A stretch of 64,000 bases of DNA from an uncultured Chthonomonadaceae bacterium (GCA_963835065.1 CAWIEK010000001.1:96001-160000), one strand, 5' to 3'; shown: positions 18,552-28,632, numbered from the stretch's first letter. The notes: generated from the letters alone by a model not told the origin. A program made the numbers and translations.

Positions 18552-20576
18552 ATGCGAAAGGCGTTGCCCTTCCTGGGCGCTTCCCTTTCCGTCCTCGCGA
18601 TCAGCATGACTGCGCCGTCACAGGCACAGGACGCCAAGCTGTTCCAGGACGTTCCCCAGTCCCACTGGGCTTACGAGGCCGTTACCGACCTGCAAAGCCG
18701 CGGCATCCTGCTCGGCTACCCGGACGGGTACTTCCGCGGCAAGCGCCCCCTGACCCGCTACGAGTTCGCGGTTGCCCTGCAGCGCGCCCTGGCGAAAGTT
18801 GTAGGAACTCCCGGCCCTCCCGGCCCTGCCGGTCAGAACGGCACTCCTGGTGAAGCCGGTCCCGCCGGTCCCGCTGGACCTCCCGGCGTGACCCCCGAAG
18901 AACTGGCCCGCTTCCGCGCCCTGGCCGATGAGTTCCGCAACGAACTCGCCGCGATTGGCGCCAATGTCCGCGACATCAATTCCCGCCTGGATGCGCTGGG
19001 CCGCGATGTGGCCGATATTCAGGACTACCTGCGCCGCCAGATCAAATTCAGCGGCGACCTGTTCGGCGGCTTCCGCTCCGACCAGTCCCGCGTACCGTTC
19101 TACGACTATAGTGGCGCGCGCCGCAACGCGAACCGCTCCCTGCTGGAAAACGTAGACGCGGTGCATGACTTCCACCTGGATGCGCGGGGCACCCTGCCCG
19201 GCGGTGTTCACGCCAATGTGGACCTGGTTGCGTCCAACTACCTGAGCTATCGCGCCAACAGCGTGACCGGCAACGGCGCTCCGGTAGGCAACCCGAACTC
19301 CTCGTCCGGCCCGGTAGGCGCGACGTTCCTCGGCGGTCCTTCCGCGGCCAATGCCAACGGCGGCGCGGAAGCCCTGACGCTGTACGAAGCGAACCTGTCC
19401 ATTCCGATTGGCGGCTTCGGCAGCGGTTCGCAACTGCAGGTTGGCCGCTACAAGCACCAGGTCACGCCCCTGACCTACTACCGCCCCGATACCGATGCCT
19501 ACTTCGACATACCCTGGTATGACGACGGCAACTGGGTCGAGGACGGCGTGAAGTTCGAGTCCAAGTTCGGCAGCGCCAAAACGTCCGTCTTCGCGGGCAG
19601 CTACCGCTCCCTGACGACGACCAACGGCGGCGTTATCAACACGCCCCTCGTCGGCGCGAACGTGAACCCGTATACCGGCGCCAACCGCTTCGGCGGCGCG
19701 ATAAAACCGACCAGCCTTGCCCTGGCCCCCGAACAAGCGGCGGCAGGCGAAAGCGCGGGCATCCATATCGCCATTCCGATCCTTCGGCTGGGCGAATTGG
19801 GCGCGACGTTGATTGACTTCGGCAATGCCAGCAGCCTGCCGTTGTCCGCCAACTTCAATAACGTGGTTGTGTACGGCGTGAACTTCAAGGCGAACGCGGT
19901 TGGCCGTTTCACCTTCTCCGGTGAAGCCGCAAAATCGGTCACGCAGCGCGGTACGCTGGACGGCGATCCCAGCAACATCAACGAGGACGACAACGCCTAC
20001 GTTGCCAACGTGGGCTACAACACCGGCCCCATCAACGCCATCGTCGGCTACCAGTACATCGATCCGCGCTTCGCCGCGCCCGGTTACTGGAACAAGATCG
20101 GCAACTGGTACAACCCGACCAACATCTCCGGCCCCTATGCGCGCATCACGTACAACTTCTCCAATGCGCTCGTAGGCTTCCTGGGCGGCGACTACTACAG
20201 CGGCGCGCGCAACCGCCGCTTCACGGGCGGCTTCACAACCGGCAGCAACGTGGAGCGCGCGACGGCGGGCATCAAGTTCAACGTCAACAAGCACGTCAAC
20301 GTGGGCGCGACCTACGAAGGCGTTCTGTATGACCTGTCTTCCGCCGTGTCGCTCAGCGGCCTGCGCTCCAAGCCGGTCGAGCAGTACCTGACCTTCAACG
20401 CCGGCCTGAACCTCGCCAGCAACACCGTGTTGCGCGTGGCTTACCAGATCCTCAACCAGCAGGATGTCGGCGGCGGCTTCGGCAGCTTCAGCGGTGTCGG
20501 CGGCGTGAACGGCAACAATACCGGACACGATGCCAACGCCAGCGTGTTCACCACCCAACTGGCCGTTCACTTCTAA
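18552..20576 (+). CDS. SLH-domain outer-membrane tether/porin (OmpM/SlpA-like) with a collagen-like stalk
   Basis: Signal peptide, SLH motif (FQDVPQSHWAYEAV...GYPDG...TRYEFA), Gly-X-Y repeats, coiled coil, beta-rich region ending in Phe. Strong codon bias and GGAGG SD. Confidence 0.88.
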   Translation: MRKALPFLGASLSVLAISMTAPSQAQDAKLFQDVPQSHWAYEAVTDLQSRGILLGYPDGYFRGKRPLTRYEFAVALQRALAKVVGTPGPPGPAGQNGTPGEAGPAGPAGPPGVTPEELARFRALADEFRNELAAIGANVRDINSRLDALGRDVADIQDYLRRQIKFSGDLFGGFRSDQSRVPFYDYSGARRNANRSLLENVDAVHDFHLDARGTLPGGVHANVDLVASNYLSYRANSVTGNGAPVGNPNSSSGPVGATFLGGPSAANANGGAEALTLYEANLSIPIGGFGSGSQLQVGRYKHQVTPLTYYRPDTDAYFDIPWYDDGNWVEDGVKFESKFGSAKTSVFAGSYRSLTTTNGGVINTPLVGANVNPYTGANRFGGAIKPTSLALAPEQAAAGESAGIHIAIPILRLGELGATLIDFGNASSLPLSANFNNVVVYGVNFKANAVGRFTFSGEAAKSVTQRGTLDGDPSNINEDDNAYVANVGYNTGPINAIVGYQYIDPRFAAPGYWNKIGNWYNPTNISGPYARITYNFSNALVGFLGGDYYSGARNRRFTGGFTTGSNVERATAGIKFNVNKHVNVGATYEGVLYDLSSAVSLSGLRSKPVEQYLTFNAGLNLASNTVLRVAYQILNQQDVGGGFGSFSGVGGVNGNNTGHDANASVFTTQLAVHF

Positions 20577-20580
20577 GGAA

Positions 20581-20700
20581 GTAGTCAGTAGCCAGTAGTC
20601 AGTAGTCAGCAGGAATTCGTTCCTGCTGACTACTTTTTTGTCAGAACGGTTTTTCTACTGACTACTGATTTCTGGCTACTGGCTACTGACTACTGGCTAC
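20581..20700 (+). terminator. Terminator built from GTAGTCA / TGACTAC heptamer arrays
   Basis: AGTAGTCAGCAGGAA-ttcg-TTCCTGCTGACTACT followed by a T-run, with outer complementary heptamer arrays. Confidence 0.8.
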
Positions 20701-21039
20701 TTCCTCCTGTCTTCTTCCTGCGGAACATTCCTCCCCCCGCTCTCGTCCTTATTCACTGAATTGCAGCGTATTGCCTGGGAATGGCAGCCCTGACGCTTCC
20801 CCATCCCAATGAACCAGACGTTTTCTTGTGGACGCTTGCTGCGTACGGAAACGAGCCGTTGCTTTTGCGATGGGCGAATTTCCAGTGTGGACAGTTACGC
20901 GACGCTTCGCGTGACATCCTGCGAAGCATACTTGGAAGCGCGCGCCTTACAGCAGGCGAGTTGACGGACGCGGGCAGGGACGCCCGCGTTGTTTTGTCTG
21001 TTCACAGGCCAACAAGGTTCATCACAATCGAGGGTAACG

Positions 21040-23358
21040 ATGGCTCGACAACATACAGAAACGCGGGCAGCAAGATCACCCGTTGAAACAGCGCCAAACC
21101 GACTGCCTTTCGTCAGTTTTGCGCTGTTGATTCTGGTTTTTGGGCCGATTATCACGGGCTGGCTGATTGACCAGCACGAGCGGCAGCTTACGGCAGCCGT
21201 TCGCGCCACGCAGACTCATCTGAACCGAGTTCGAGAATTATCGCTGGTTCCCCGCCAGCGTCGCCCCTCCCCCACAGTATCTCCCACGCTGCGCGCCTGG
21301 CGTGACAGCATGGATGCCGCGCTGACCGCAGCGGAGCAGGCACAGGAACAGGCCGCCAGGCGCGTTTCCGACCTGCACGACATTCAAGATGCGCTCATCT
21401 CCGTCTTTGGCTTGCTGGGACTGGTAGCCGCGTTTTATTCCAGCCGCGCCGTCAACCAGCTTCGAGACCTCGCCGCCGCCAATGGCCGGCGCGTTCGCGC
21501 GCTGGAAAGCCTGTTCGATACCGCCGGCCACCTTTCCGTCAGCGCGTCCCCTGAAGCGATGCATGAGTATCTGACCGAGCGCGTAGGCCGGGTTTTGCAG
21601 GCAAAGCGCGTGGAAATGTGGAGCTACGACGCCGCGCATAACCGGCTGCATCCCCTGCGCCCCGCGTTTGGCTTTACCTCCGAGCCGCCCACTCCTCTGC
21701 CTGTACGCGCCGGAACATGGGCGCATAATCTTCTGTTTCAAAATACAATGGTTTGCCGCAACGAAATCGCGCCCCATGATGAGAAGGAAGAGGGGAATGA
21801 AGAGGACGCGCTCAACGCGCAGTTACGCGCCTGGCAGGTCAATAATGCGCTGATAGTGCCTTTGATCGCCCATAATCAGCCTGTCGGCCTGTTGTGCGCG
21901 TATGACAAAAGAACGGAAGCGCAGGGCAGCAGGCCGGACGAGCGCGCGTCATTCCACGAGGAGGACGCGCAGTTGTTGCGCACGTTTGCCACGCAGGCGG
22001 CGTTTGTGCTGCACAGCGCCCGGCAATACGCCCATGCGCGGGATCGGGGCGAGCAATTGGCATCGCTGGCGCGCTTGACGCAGGTAGTCAACAGTTCCCT
22101 CGACTTGACGCAGATCGTGCCGGCCTTTTTGCGGGAAGCCCGCGCGCTGATTCCTTACCAACGGGCGCGGCTGGCTCTGGTTCCTATGGGACAGGAAAGC
22201 GAAAGCTGGAGTCAGGAGTACCCGGAAACGGATGCCGAAGAAACGGAACTGCTCCGCAACTTGCGCGGCAAAACAAATGGCGGACTGTTGTTTTCGCCAC
22301 ATCATGATTCATCTGTGCCTTTGTCGGCAAATCCTGTCTACGTCTGGACGCTGAACCGAGATAACGTCGGGGAAGAGGAACCTCAAAACGCGCCGCAGTG
22401 GCAGGTTTTGCCTCCACAAGATGCGCTGCGGAAAGCGATGGAAACCCGTCAGGCGCAGCAGGATCACGTTTTAGTCATCCCGCTTGTCGCGCAAAATACG
22501 CTGTTGGGCGCGCTTGCATTTGAATTAGGAGATTTGGAAAACGAAGCAGGAAATAAGGACGGCTACAGCGAACATCATTTACAATTGGCGCAGCAGGCGG
22601 CAGGGCAGCTTGCTTCCGCCGTTCAAAACGCGCAATTGTATCAGGAAGCCACCCATAAAGCGCGGCAAATGGCATGGTCTTTGCAGGAAACCGATCACCG
22701 TATCAAGAATAATCTACAGGCGATCACGGCGATTTTAGACTTGTATACTATGGAAGCCGAGGAAGACAAGCGCGCGCCTCATCCGGGAGAAGAAACCATC
22801 CGGCAGGCAACGGCAGCCCGCGAAGGGCTGGCGCACGCGATGCGCGAAGTCCGAACCATTGCCGCCGTGCATGAGCTTCTCAACGACGACCAGCACATCA
22901 GCCGGGTAAAAGCCGATGCGCTGATTGAAAAACTGATTCCCATGCTGTTGACCGGCCCGATTGTCGGCGGCAGGCAGCTGCACATCAGCACCCACGCGGA
23001 CGATGTGACGCTGCCGAGCAAATTGGCGTCCACGCTGGCGCTGGCAATCAATGAACTGATCGTCAATGCGGTTCGTCATGGAGGGAAAGACAGGCAGGAA
23101 GTGACATTGCGCGTGACGCTGCACCATAACGCGCCGCATTTGTGCCTGTCCGTTGAGGACGACGGCCCCGGTTTCCCGGACGGTTTTGATTTGGGCCGCC
23201 ACGCAAAAGTGGGACTGAACCTGACGCGCATGATGGTGGAACGTGATCTGCGCGGAACGCTGACCTACGCCAATAAGGAATCAAGCGGGGGTGCAACTGT
23301 CACCGCCCATGTACCGTATAAAGAAACATCTTCACCGAGTGTTTCGTTTGCCTACTAA
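21040..23358 (+). CDS. Membrane GAF-GAF sensor histidine kinase (HisKA_2 type)
   Basis: Two TM helices, two GAF-like domains, ETDHRIKNNLQ H-box, NELIVNAVRHG and DDGPGFP motifs. Confidence 0.9.
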   Translation: MARQHTETRAARSPVETAPNRLPFVSFALLILVFGPIITGWLIDQHERQLTAAVRATQTHLNRVRELSLVPRQRRPSPTVSPTLRAWRDSMDAALTAAEQAQEQAARRVSDLHDIQDALISVFGLLGLVAAFYSSRAVNQLRDLAAANGRRVRALESLFDTAGHLSVSASPEAMHEYLTERVGRVLQAKRVEMWSYDAAHNRLHPLRPAFGFTSEPPTPLPVRAGTWAHNLLFQNTMVCRNEIAPHDEKEEGNEEDALNAQLRAWQVNNALIVPLIAHNQPVGLLCAYDKRTEAQGSRPDERASFHEEDAQLLRTFATQAAFVLHSARQYAHARDRGEQLASLARLTQVVNSSLDLTQIVPAFLREARALIPYQRARLALVPMGQESESWSQEYPETDAEETELLRNLRGKTNGGLLFSPHHDSSVPLSANPVYVWTLNRDNVGEEEPQNAPQWQVLPPQDALRKAMETRQAQQDHVLVIPLVAQNTLLGALAFELGDLENEAGNKDGYSEHHLQLAQQAAGQLASAVQNAQLYQEATHKARQMAWSLQETDHRIKNNLQAITAILDLYTMEAEEDKRAPHPGEETIRQATAAREGLAHAMREVRTIAAVHELLNDDQHISRVKADALIEKLIPMLLTGPIVGGRQLHISTHADDVTLPSKLASTLALAINELIVNAVRHGGKDRQEVTLRVTLHHNAPHLCLSVEDDGPGFPDGFDLGRHAKVGLNLTRMMVERDLRGTLTYANKESSGGATVTAHVPYKETSSPSVSFAY

Positions 23359-23531
23359 GCAGTTGAAAGCGGATAGTTCGTAGTTGATAGAGATACAGCC
23401 GCTGCGAACATTCACTGCCCTTGCGTTTAGCCTTCCGCGCTTTCAGCGCGCCTTATGACATATATCACTACACATCCTGACCCTACAACGGCAGGTCTGA
23501 TGAGGCCACCTCCTCATGAAAGGAATGGCGT

Positions 23532-24128
23532 ATGACGCCTGAAGCATTGCCCATCCAACGCGCGCTGATCTGTGAAGACGAAGGCGTGACCGTGATGCAG
23601 ATACGCAAGGCGCTGGTTCGCGCCGGTTATGATGTTGTCGGCGAAGCGGTCGAGGGCCGCAAAGCCATTGAAATGGCGCAGGAATTAAAACCCGACTTGA
23701 TCCTGATGGACATCAACATGCCGGGTCCCATTGACGGCATTGCTGCCACCCGCGAGATTTTGAAGCATCAGCCGGTTCCCATTATCATGCTGACGGCCTA
23801 CAGCGATGACTCCTATGTAGACAACGCGCTGGACGCCGGAGCCTGCGCGTATCTGGTCAAGCCCATCACCAGCGAACAACTGCTGCCCGCAATCAAACTC
23901 GCCATGTCCCGTTTTCAAGCCTTGCAGGACGCGATTAAAGAAGCGACCGACATCAAGGACGCGCTGGAAACCCGCAAAATGGTAGAGCGCGCCAAGGGCG
24001 TTCTCATGGATCGCCGCTCCTTGAGCGAATCGGACGCTTTTCGGCAAATGCAAAAAATCAGCCGTGACAAATGCCAAACGATGAAAGTAACCGCGCAGGA
24101 AATCATCAAAGCGAGCGAATTGCTGTAG
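23532..24128 (+). CDS. REC-ANTAR response regulator (PdtaR/NasT-like)
   Basis: EDE, LMDINMP and YLVKP receiver motifs. ETRKMVERAKGVLM...AF ANTAR domain. Confidence 0.92.
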   Translation: MTPEALPIQRALICEDEGVTVMQIRKALVRAGYDVVGEAVEGRKAIEMAQELKPDLILMDINMPGPIDGIAATREILKHQPVPIIMLTAYSDDSYVDNALDAGACAYLVKPITSEQLLPAIKLAMSRFQALQDAIKEATDIKDALETRKMVERAKGVLMDRRSLSESDAFRQMQKISRDKCQTMKVTAQEIIKASELL

Positions 24129-24549
24129 ATCGGTATTCGTACACTCCTCGCGATGGGAGCCGAATCACCCTGTCAGCCTGTTTCTGCGCCGTAGTGACGA
24201 CACATTACCATGCCGTGAGCGCCGCATTTCCGCCGATGCCGCGCCCTGCAAGAATCCGTCTGTTCCTCCTGCCTGCCTGCATCCTTCCCACTACCTCATA
24301 ATATCCTCTGCCCTTATTGCGCTTACTCCTGTGCTTGCAGGAAACGCCGCTATCCTTCTTGAATTCATCTGATACATTCAACTGGTGCCAGGCGTTGAAA
24401 ACGCCTGTCTTGGTGGCGTTCCGCCAGGCGTCCTAGGGACGCAATTCCTTACCTACAGTGTTCTGCGTCCGTAGGACGCCTGGCCGCAGGCCATAGAGAC
24501 GGTGGTTTTCAACCACTGGCTCAAGGTGTCTGATGCAGGAGAAGCGACC

Positions 24550-25362
24550 ATGCCGGTACGTGTACAGCGTTTGGAAGACGCCCCTACGTTTCGCGCTATG
24601 CTGCCGGAGCAGCGCGAAAAACTGACGGGGCTGTTGGAGTATTGCCATTTCCATGCCGGCGAACTGATTTGCGAACAGGGCGACGTGGGCGACACCATGT
24701 ACTTCATTGAAAAGGGAGAAGTGACATTTTTCGCCAAAGAAGCGGGAGGCGTTCTCAAAGAATTGCGCACTCTGGTAGCCGGGGACTTTTTCGGGGAAAT
24801 CGCGCTGCTCAACAATACCCCGCGCTCCGTAACGGCACAGGCCAAGACCGAAGTTTTCGCGCTGGAACTGCGCCGCGACAACTTCGACGCCTTTTTGCTG
24901 GCGCATCCCGACATGGCGGTAAGAATGTTGCGCGTGATGGCGAAATGGCTGAAAGACAACGCCGATATGATGGGCGATATGATTACCCCAAGTACGAAAA
25001 AGGATTTGGATGCCCTCCGCACCACAACGGAAAAGCGCATCGAGCGGCTGGTCGGGCTGTTCAGTAACCCCGTTTTCCTGCTGGGCAACCTGCTCGTGTT
25101 CATGCTCTGGATCATTGCCAATGAACTGCATCATCCGCCCTGGGACAGCCGCGAGTTCGGCTTTTTGGGACTGTTCGCAGCCATCGAAGCCCTCGCAATG
25201 ACGATGCTGGTGCTGGCAAAGCAAAAACGCGACGAAACGGACGCCAACCGACGCAACGACCTGATTTTAGAAAAAGTGCAGACTTCGCCGGACGAAATAA
25301 AAACACTGCGCGCAGAAGTCCGGGCGCTGACGGCAGTGATTCGCGGCCAGCAAAAACCGTAG
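24550..25362 (+). CDS. Cyclic-nucleotide-binding domain plus DUF1003-like two-TM membrane protein
   Basis: QGDVGDTMYFIEKGEV and GDFFGEIALL...PRS phosphate-binding cassette. Two C-terminal TM helices and a coiled coil. AGGAG SD. Confidence 0.85.
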   Translation: MPVRVQRLEDAPTFRAMLPEQREKLTGLLEYCHFHAGELICEQGDVGDTMYFIEKGEVTFFAKEAGGVLKELRTLVAGDFFGEIALLNNTPRSVTAQAKTEVFALELRRDNFDAFLLAHPDMAVRMLRVMAKWLKDNADMMGDMITPSTKKDLDALRTTTEKRIERLVGLFSNPVFLLGNLLVFMLWIIANELHHPPWDSREFGFLGLFAAIEALAMTMLVLAKQKRDETDANRRNDLILEKVQTSPDEIKTLRAEVRALTAVIRGQQKP

Positions 25363-25370
25363 AATTCGCG

Positions 25371-25450
25371 TTAGAACCTATCCCAATAGGCGAGAATTCG
25401 CGTCCGCAGGACGCTTGCACTTTCCTGCCGGGTATTTTCAATACCCGGCC
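25371..25450 (+). mobile_element. MITE-like element, copy 2 (right TIR missing)
   Basis: TTAGAACCTATCCC, then CGTCCGCAGGACGCTTGCACTTTCCTGCCGGGTA...TACCCGGC matching copy 1. Confidence 0.7.
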
Positions 25451-25500
25451 AGAAGGCAAGAACAATGCGCAAGTAATGTAAGGCAGAATAGAGGCCTCCC

Positions 25501-28183
25501 GTGTCCAACCCTTATCCTACCTTTTTGATGCTCGACATAGAAGGCTCCTCCAAAATCGCGCGCAGCCTGTCGCGGCAGGAATATCTGGAACGAGTCAACA
25601 TTCCCGTTTATGCGGAGTTGAAGCGTTTGATTGCGCGGCATCAGGGCGACGATGAGCGGGACGCCGCGCGGCGACGATGCGCTTGTCGTCTTTGCCCATG
25701 TCAATGACGCGATAGAATGTGCCGTTGCGATCCAAAAATCGCTGCCGAAACGGATTGCGGCCGGATACGTCGGAAGGCGCTCACCGAATCGGCGTGCGAA
25801 TCGCCGTACATACCGCCCGCAAGCAGGTGCAGCCGGACGAAAATGGCTTGTACCCCAATGCGGAAGATGTGATTTTTACCGCGCGCATGTTGGTCAATGT
25901 GTACGGCGGGCAGATTGTCGCTTCAGACGAGACGCATCGGGTTGCGGACAGCCTGCAATGGAACTGGCAGGCATGGCCGAACCGCCGCATCAAGAGTTTC
26001 GAGGAAAAGCCGTACACGATTCATGAACTGCTGTACGAGGGCTGGACAAGCCGGGAGCCGGGGTCGCAGTTTGTGCCGGGCTGGTTTCGGGAAAAGAACC
26101 ACTACGTTTCACGCCCGGAACTGGAAAACAGCGTTGCGGACTGCTTTGCGCGCCGGACGGGAAACAACAACCCCTATCGGCTCGTCACGCTGCACGGATT
26201 TGGCGGCATGGGCAAAACGCGCCTTGCCATGCAGTGCTGTTTGAACGCGGCGGGCATGTTCGAGGGGCAACTGTTCCTGACGCCATTGGACGGTATTCCC
26301 GATACCGCCCTGACTTCGGACTTGGCGCGCAGGGATTATCTTGTCGGCAGCATCGCCAGAACATTCGGGCTGGCAGATCCGCCCGCCACGCCGGAGAATT
26401 TGCCGGAGCGCCTGCCCAACAAGGGCAGTATGCTGCTGCTTCTGGACAACTACGAAACCGTAAAAGGCGCGGCTTCGGCGCGTTTGATCGTGGACATGCT
26501 GGAAGCGCGTCCCGATTTGCGCCTGCTCGTCACGGGCCGAACGCCGGTCGGCCTGACAACAGGGGAAAGCGTTCAGGATGTGGAAGGATTGCAGCCGGGG
26601 GAAGCGCGCGATCTGCTGCTGACTCGTATCGGAGAGAAAAAGAACAACCCTCTCTGGTCGCCGCTTTCCTCGCAGGAACCGGCCATAACAACCATACTGG
26701 AACAAACCGCGCGTATTCCATTAGCGCTCGAACTGGTTGCGGCGCATTGCGGCGACATGACATTGGAAGAAATCGCCGCCGACCTGAGCCTTGAGCCACT
26801 GGGAGAAATAACCGAAACGCCGGACGGAATGTACAGCCTTGATCCGAGTTGGAGGCATCAAACGCTGGTAAAATGCTACAACTGGTCATGGCGGCTGTTG
26901 GACGAGGAAGCGCAGTTCGCGCTTGTCTGCCTCAGCCTGTTCGCGGACAGGTGCCCAACCGAAGAGATAACCGCCTGTTTCGACGCAATCAAGCGTCCGC
27001 ACCTCACGCGCTTACAGCAAGCGGCGCTGGCAACGCGGCAGGAGGCAGGAGGCCGCAGCGTGTACTCCCTGCTTCGCCCCACGCGCCTTTATGCCCGTAA
27101 ACGCCTGCAAGAAAGTGATGATGAAAACATTGAAAAGCGCCATTTCGTCGCCTATTACCGGCACCTGGCGCGGGAAAATGGCGGCAGCGCGAATACCGAG
27201 GATACGGAGAAACGAGCGCGACTGGAATCAGCATGGCGTCACGCCATGTCAGCGGCGGATATTGCGGGGGAATTGGAAGATGCGGAGTCCAGTGGCGACA
27301 TTGCCGATAAGTTAATCCATTTTGTGCATCGTCAGGCGCTCTGGGCCGAGGGAACGTTCCTGTACACGCGCTCGCTGGACATTCGGCGCAAAGCGTTGCC
27401 GGACGGCCATCCTGACATTGCCACCAGCCTCAACAATCTGGCGTTGTTGTACGCAGTCGCAAGGCCGCTATGCCGAGGCCGAACCGCTGTACGTACAGGC
27501 GTTGGACATTGAGCGGGAGCACTTAGGCAAAGAACATCCAGCACTTGCCATCGGTCTCAACAATCTGGCAGAGTTGTACCGGTTACAAGGCCGCTATGCC
27601 GACGCCGAACCGCTGTACATACAGGCGTTGGACATTCGGCGCAAAGCGTTGCCGGACGGCCATCCTGACATTGCCAGGTAGCCTCAACAATCTGGCGTTG
27701 TTGTATGCGTATCAAGGCCGCTATGCTGAGGCCGAACCCTTGTTTGTGCAGGCATTGGACATTCACCGTCAAGCCTATGGCGAACAGCATCCGCTTGTTG
27801 CCACCAGCCTCAACAATCTGGCGGGGTTGTACTGGTCACAAGGCCGCTATGCAGACGCCGAACCGCTGTTCTTACAGGCGTTGGACATTGATCGTGTGGC
27901 ATTGGGAGAGAACCATCCAGACTACGCCATTGACCTCAACAATATGGCGGGGTTGTACCAGTCGCAAGGCCGCTATGCCGAGGCCGAACCGCTGTACATA
28001 CAGGCGTTAGACATTCTCGTTGTCAGTTTAGGGCCGCGTCACCCGAACACGATTACAGGTCTCGGCAACTTCCTGAGAATGCTTATCCATCAGGAACGCA
28101 TGGAGGATGCCGGAGCCTTCTTATCCGCAAAGCCGGAACTTCAAGAAACGTTTGCTCTCCTGCTTGCTCAGCAGTCGGCGTAG
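25501..28183 (+). CDS. Class III nucleotide cyclase - STAND (NB-ARC-like) NTPase - TPR protein, several apparent frameshifts
   Basis: TFLMLDIEGSS, GDD, RIAVHT and ARM...GGQI cyclase motifs. GFGGMGKT Walker A and LLLDNYE Walker B. Kinesin-light-chain-type TPRs. Split over ORFs starting 25501, 25631, 25719, 27322 and 27545. Confidence 0.8.
27376..28010 (+). repeat. TPR-coding ~126-bp tandem units
   Basis: Repeated CTCAACAATCTGGC and CAAGGCCGCTATGC blocks. An identical ~48-bp stretch at 27376 and 27629. Confidence 0.8.
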
Positions 28184-28190
28184 CGTCGGC

Positions 28191-28377
28191 GCGTTGTGGC
28201 GACGCACTGAAGTGCTTCGCTGTATGGCCTGCGGCCCGGTGTCCTTCGGACACGCTTGTCTCTCAGGCTGGCATGGCGTATGTAGGGAAGATGCCATCTC
28301 TCAACGAGAGGATTATGTCCGCAGGACATTGGGCGGAACGCCCTACAGCGAAGCACTTCAGTGCGTCGCCCTAACGC
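28191..28377. repeat. REP-doublet-like palindrome, intergenic relative of 7744-7900
   Basis: 34-bp arms with 2 mismatches. Shared CTTCGCTGTATGGC and GTCCTTCGGACA. Confidence 0.85.
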
Positions 28378-28379
28378 AC

Positions 28380-28632
28380 AAAGCCAGAAAAAAAGAGCCA
28401 AACAACGCGAAACAAACGAAACCTTTGCCTCACTCATCCTGTCTAAACATACACATACGTCTACTGTACAGGCGTTATACCCACAGGAAGGGAGGTGCAA
28501 AGCCTATGTTTCACCCCTCCCGTTCGCCCTGACGCTTACGAGGTCACGACGCCTCTCTCCTACAATTTGACACAACGAGACATCGGGCTGGAAGCGCTGT
28601 ATTGCCAAGATTTCGACGATGACTCTACATAC
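28380..28632 (+). repeat. ~250-bp duplicated unit, copy A (ECF-like promoter plus small ORF)
   Basis: Near-identical inverted copy at ~43487-43760. GAAACC-N17-GTCTAA at 28418-28446. GTG at 28495. Confidence 0.85.

Noticed and set aside
18618..20570. 650-aa antisense ORF, and other long shadow ORFs such as 3162-4559 and 48492-50324
   Set aside because: They mirror GC-rich, codon-biased real genes and show no recognisable motifs.
20781..21086. 101-aa ORF before the sensor kinase
   Set aside because: No recognisable motif, weak SD and overlap with the kinase start. Left unassigned.
27376..28010. CRISPR-like regular repeats
   Set aside because: These are coding TPR units of ~126 bp with no unique spacers, and no cas genes are present.
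28506..28532. ATG-started MFHPSRSP micro-ORF or UGA (Sec) readthrough in the duplicated unit
   Set aside because: Differences between copies are non-synonymous in this frame but partly synonymous in the GTG frame. No SECIS evidence.
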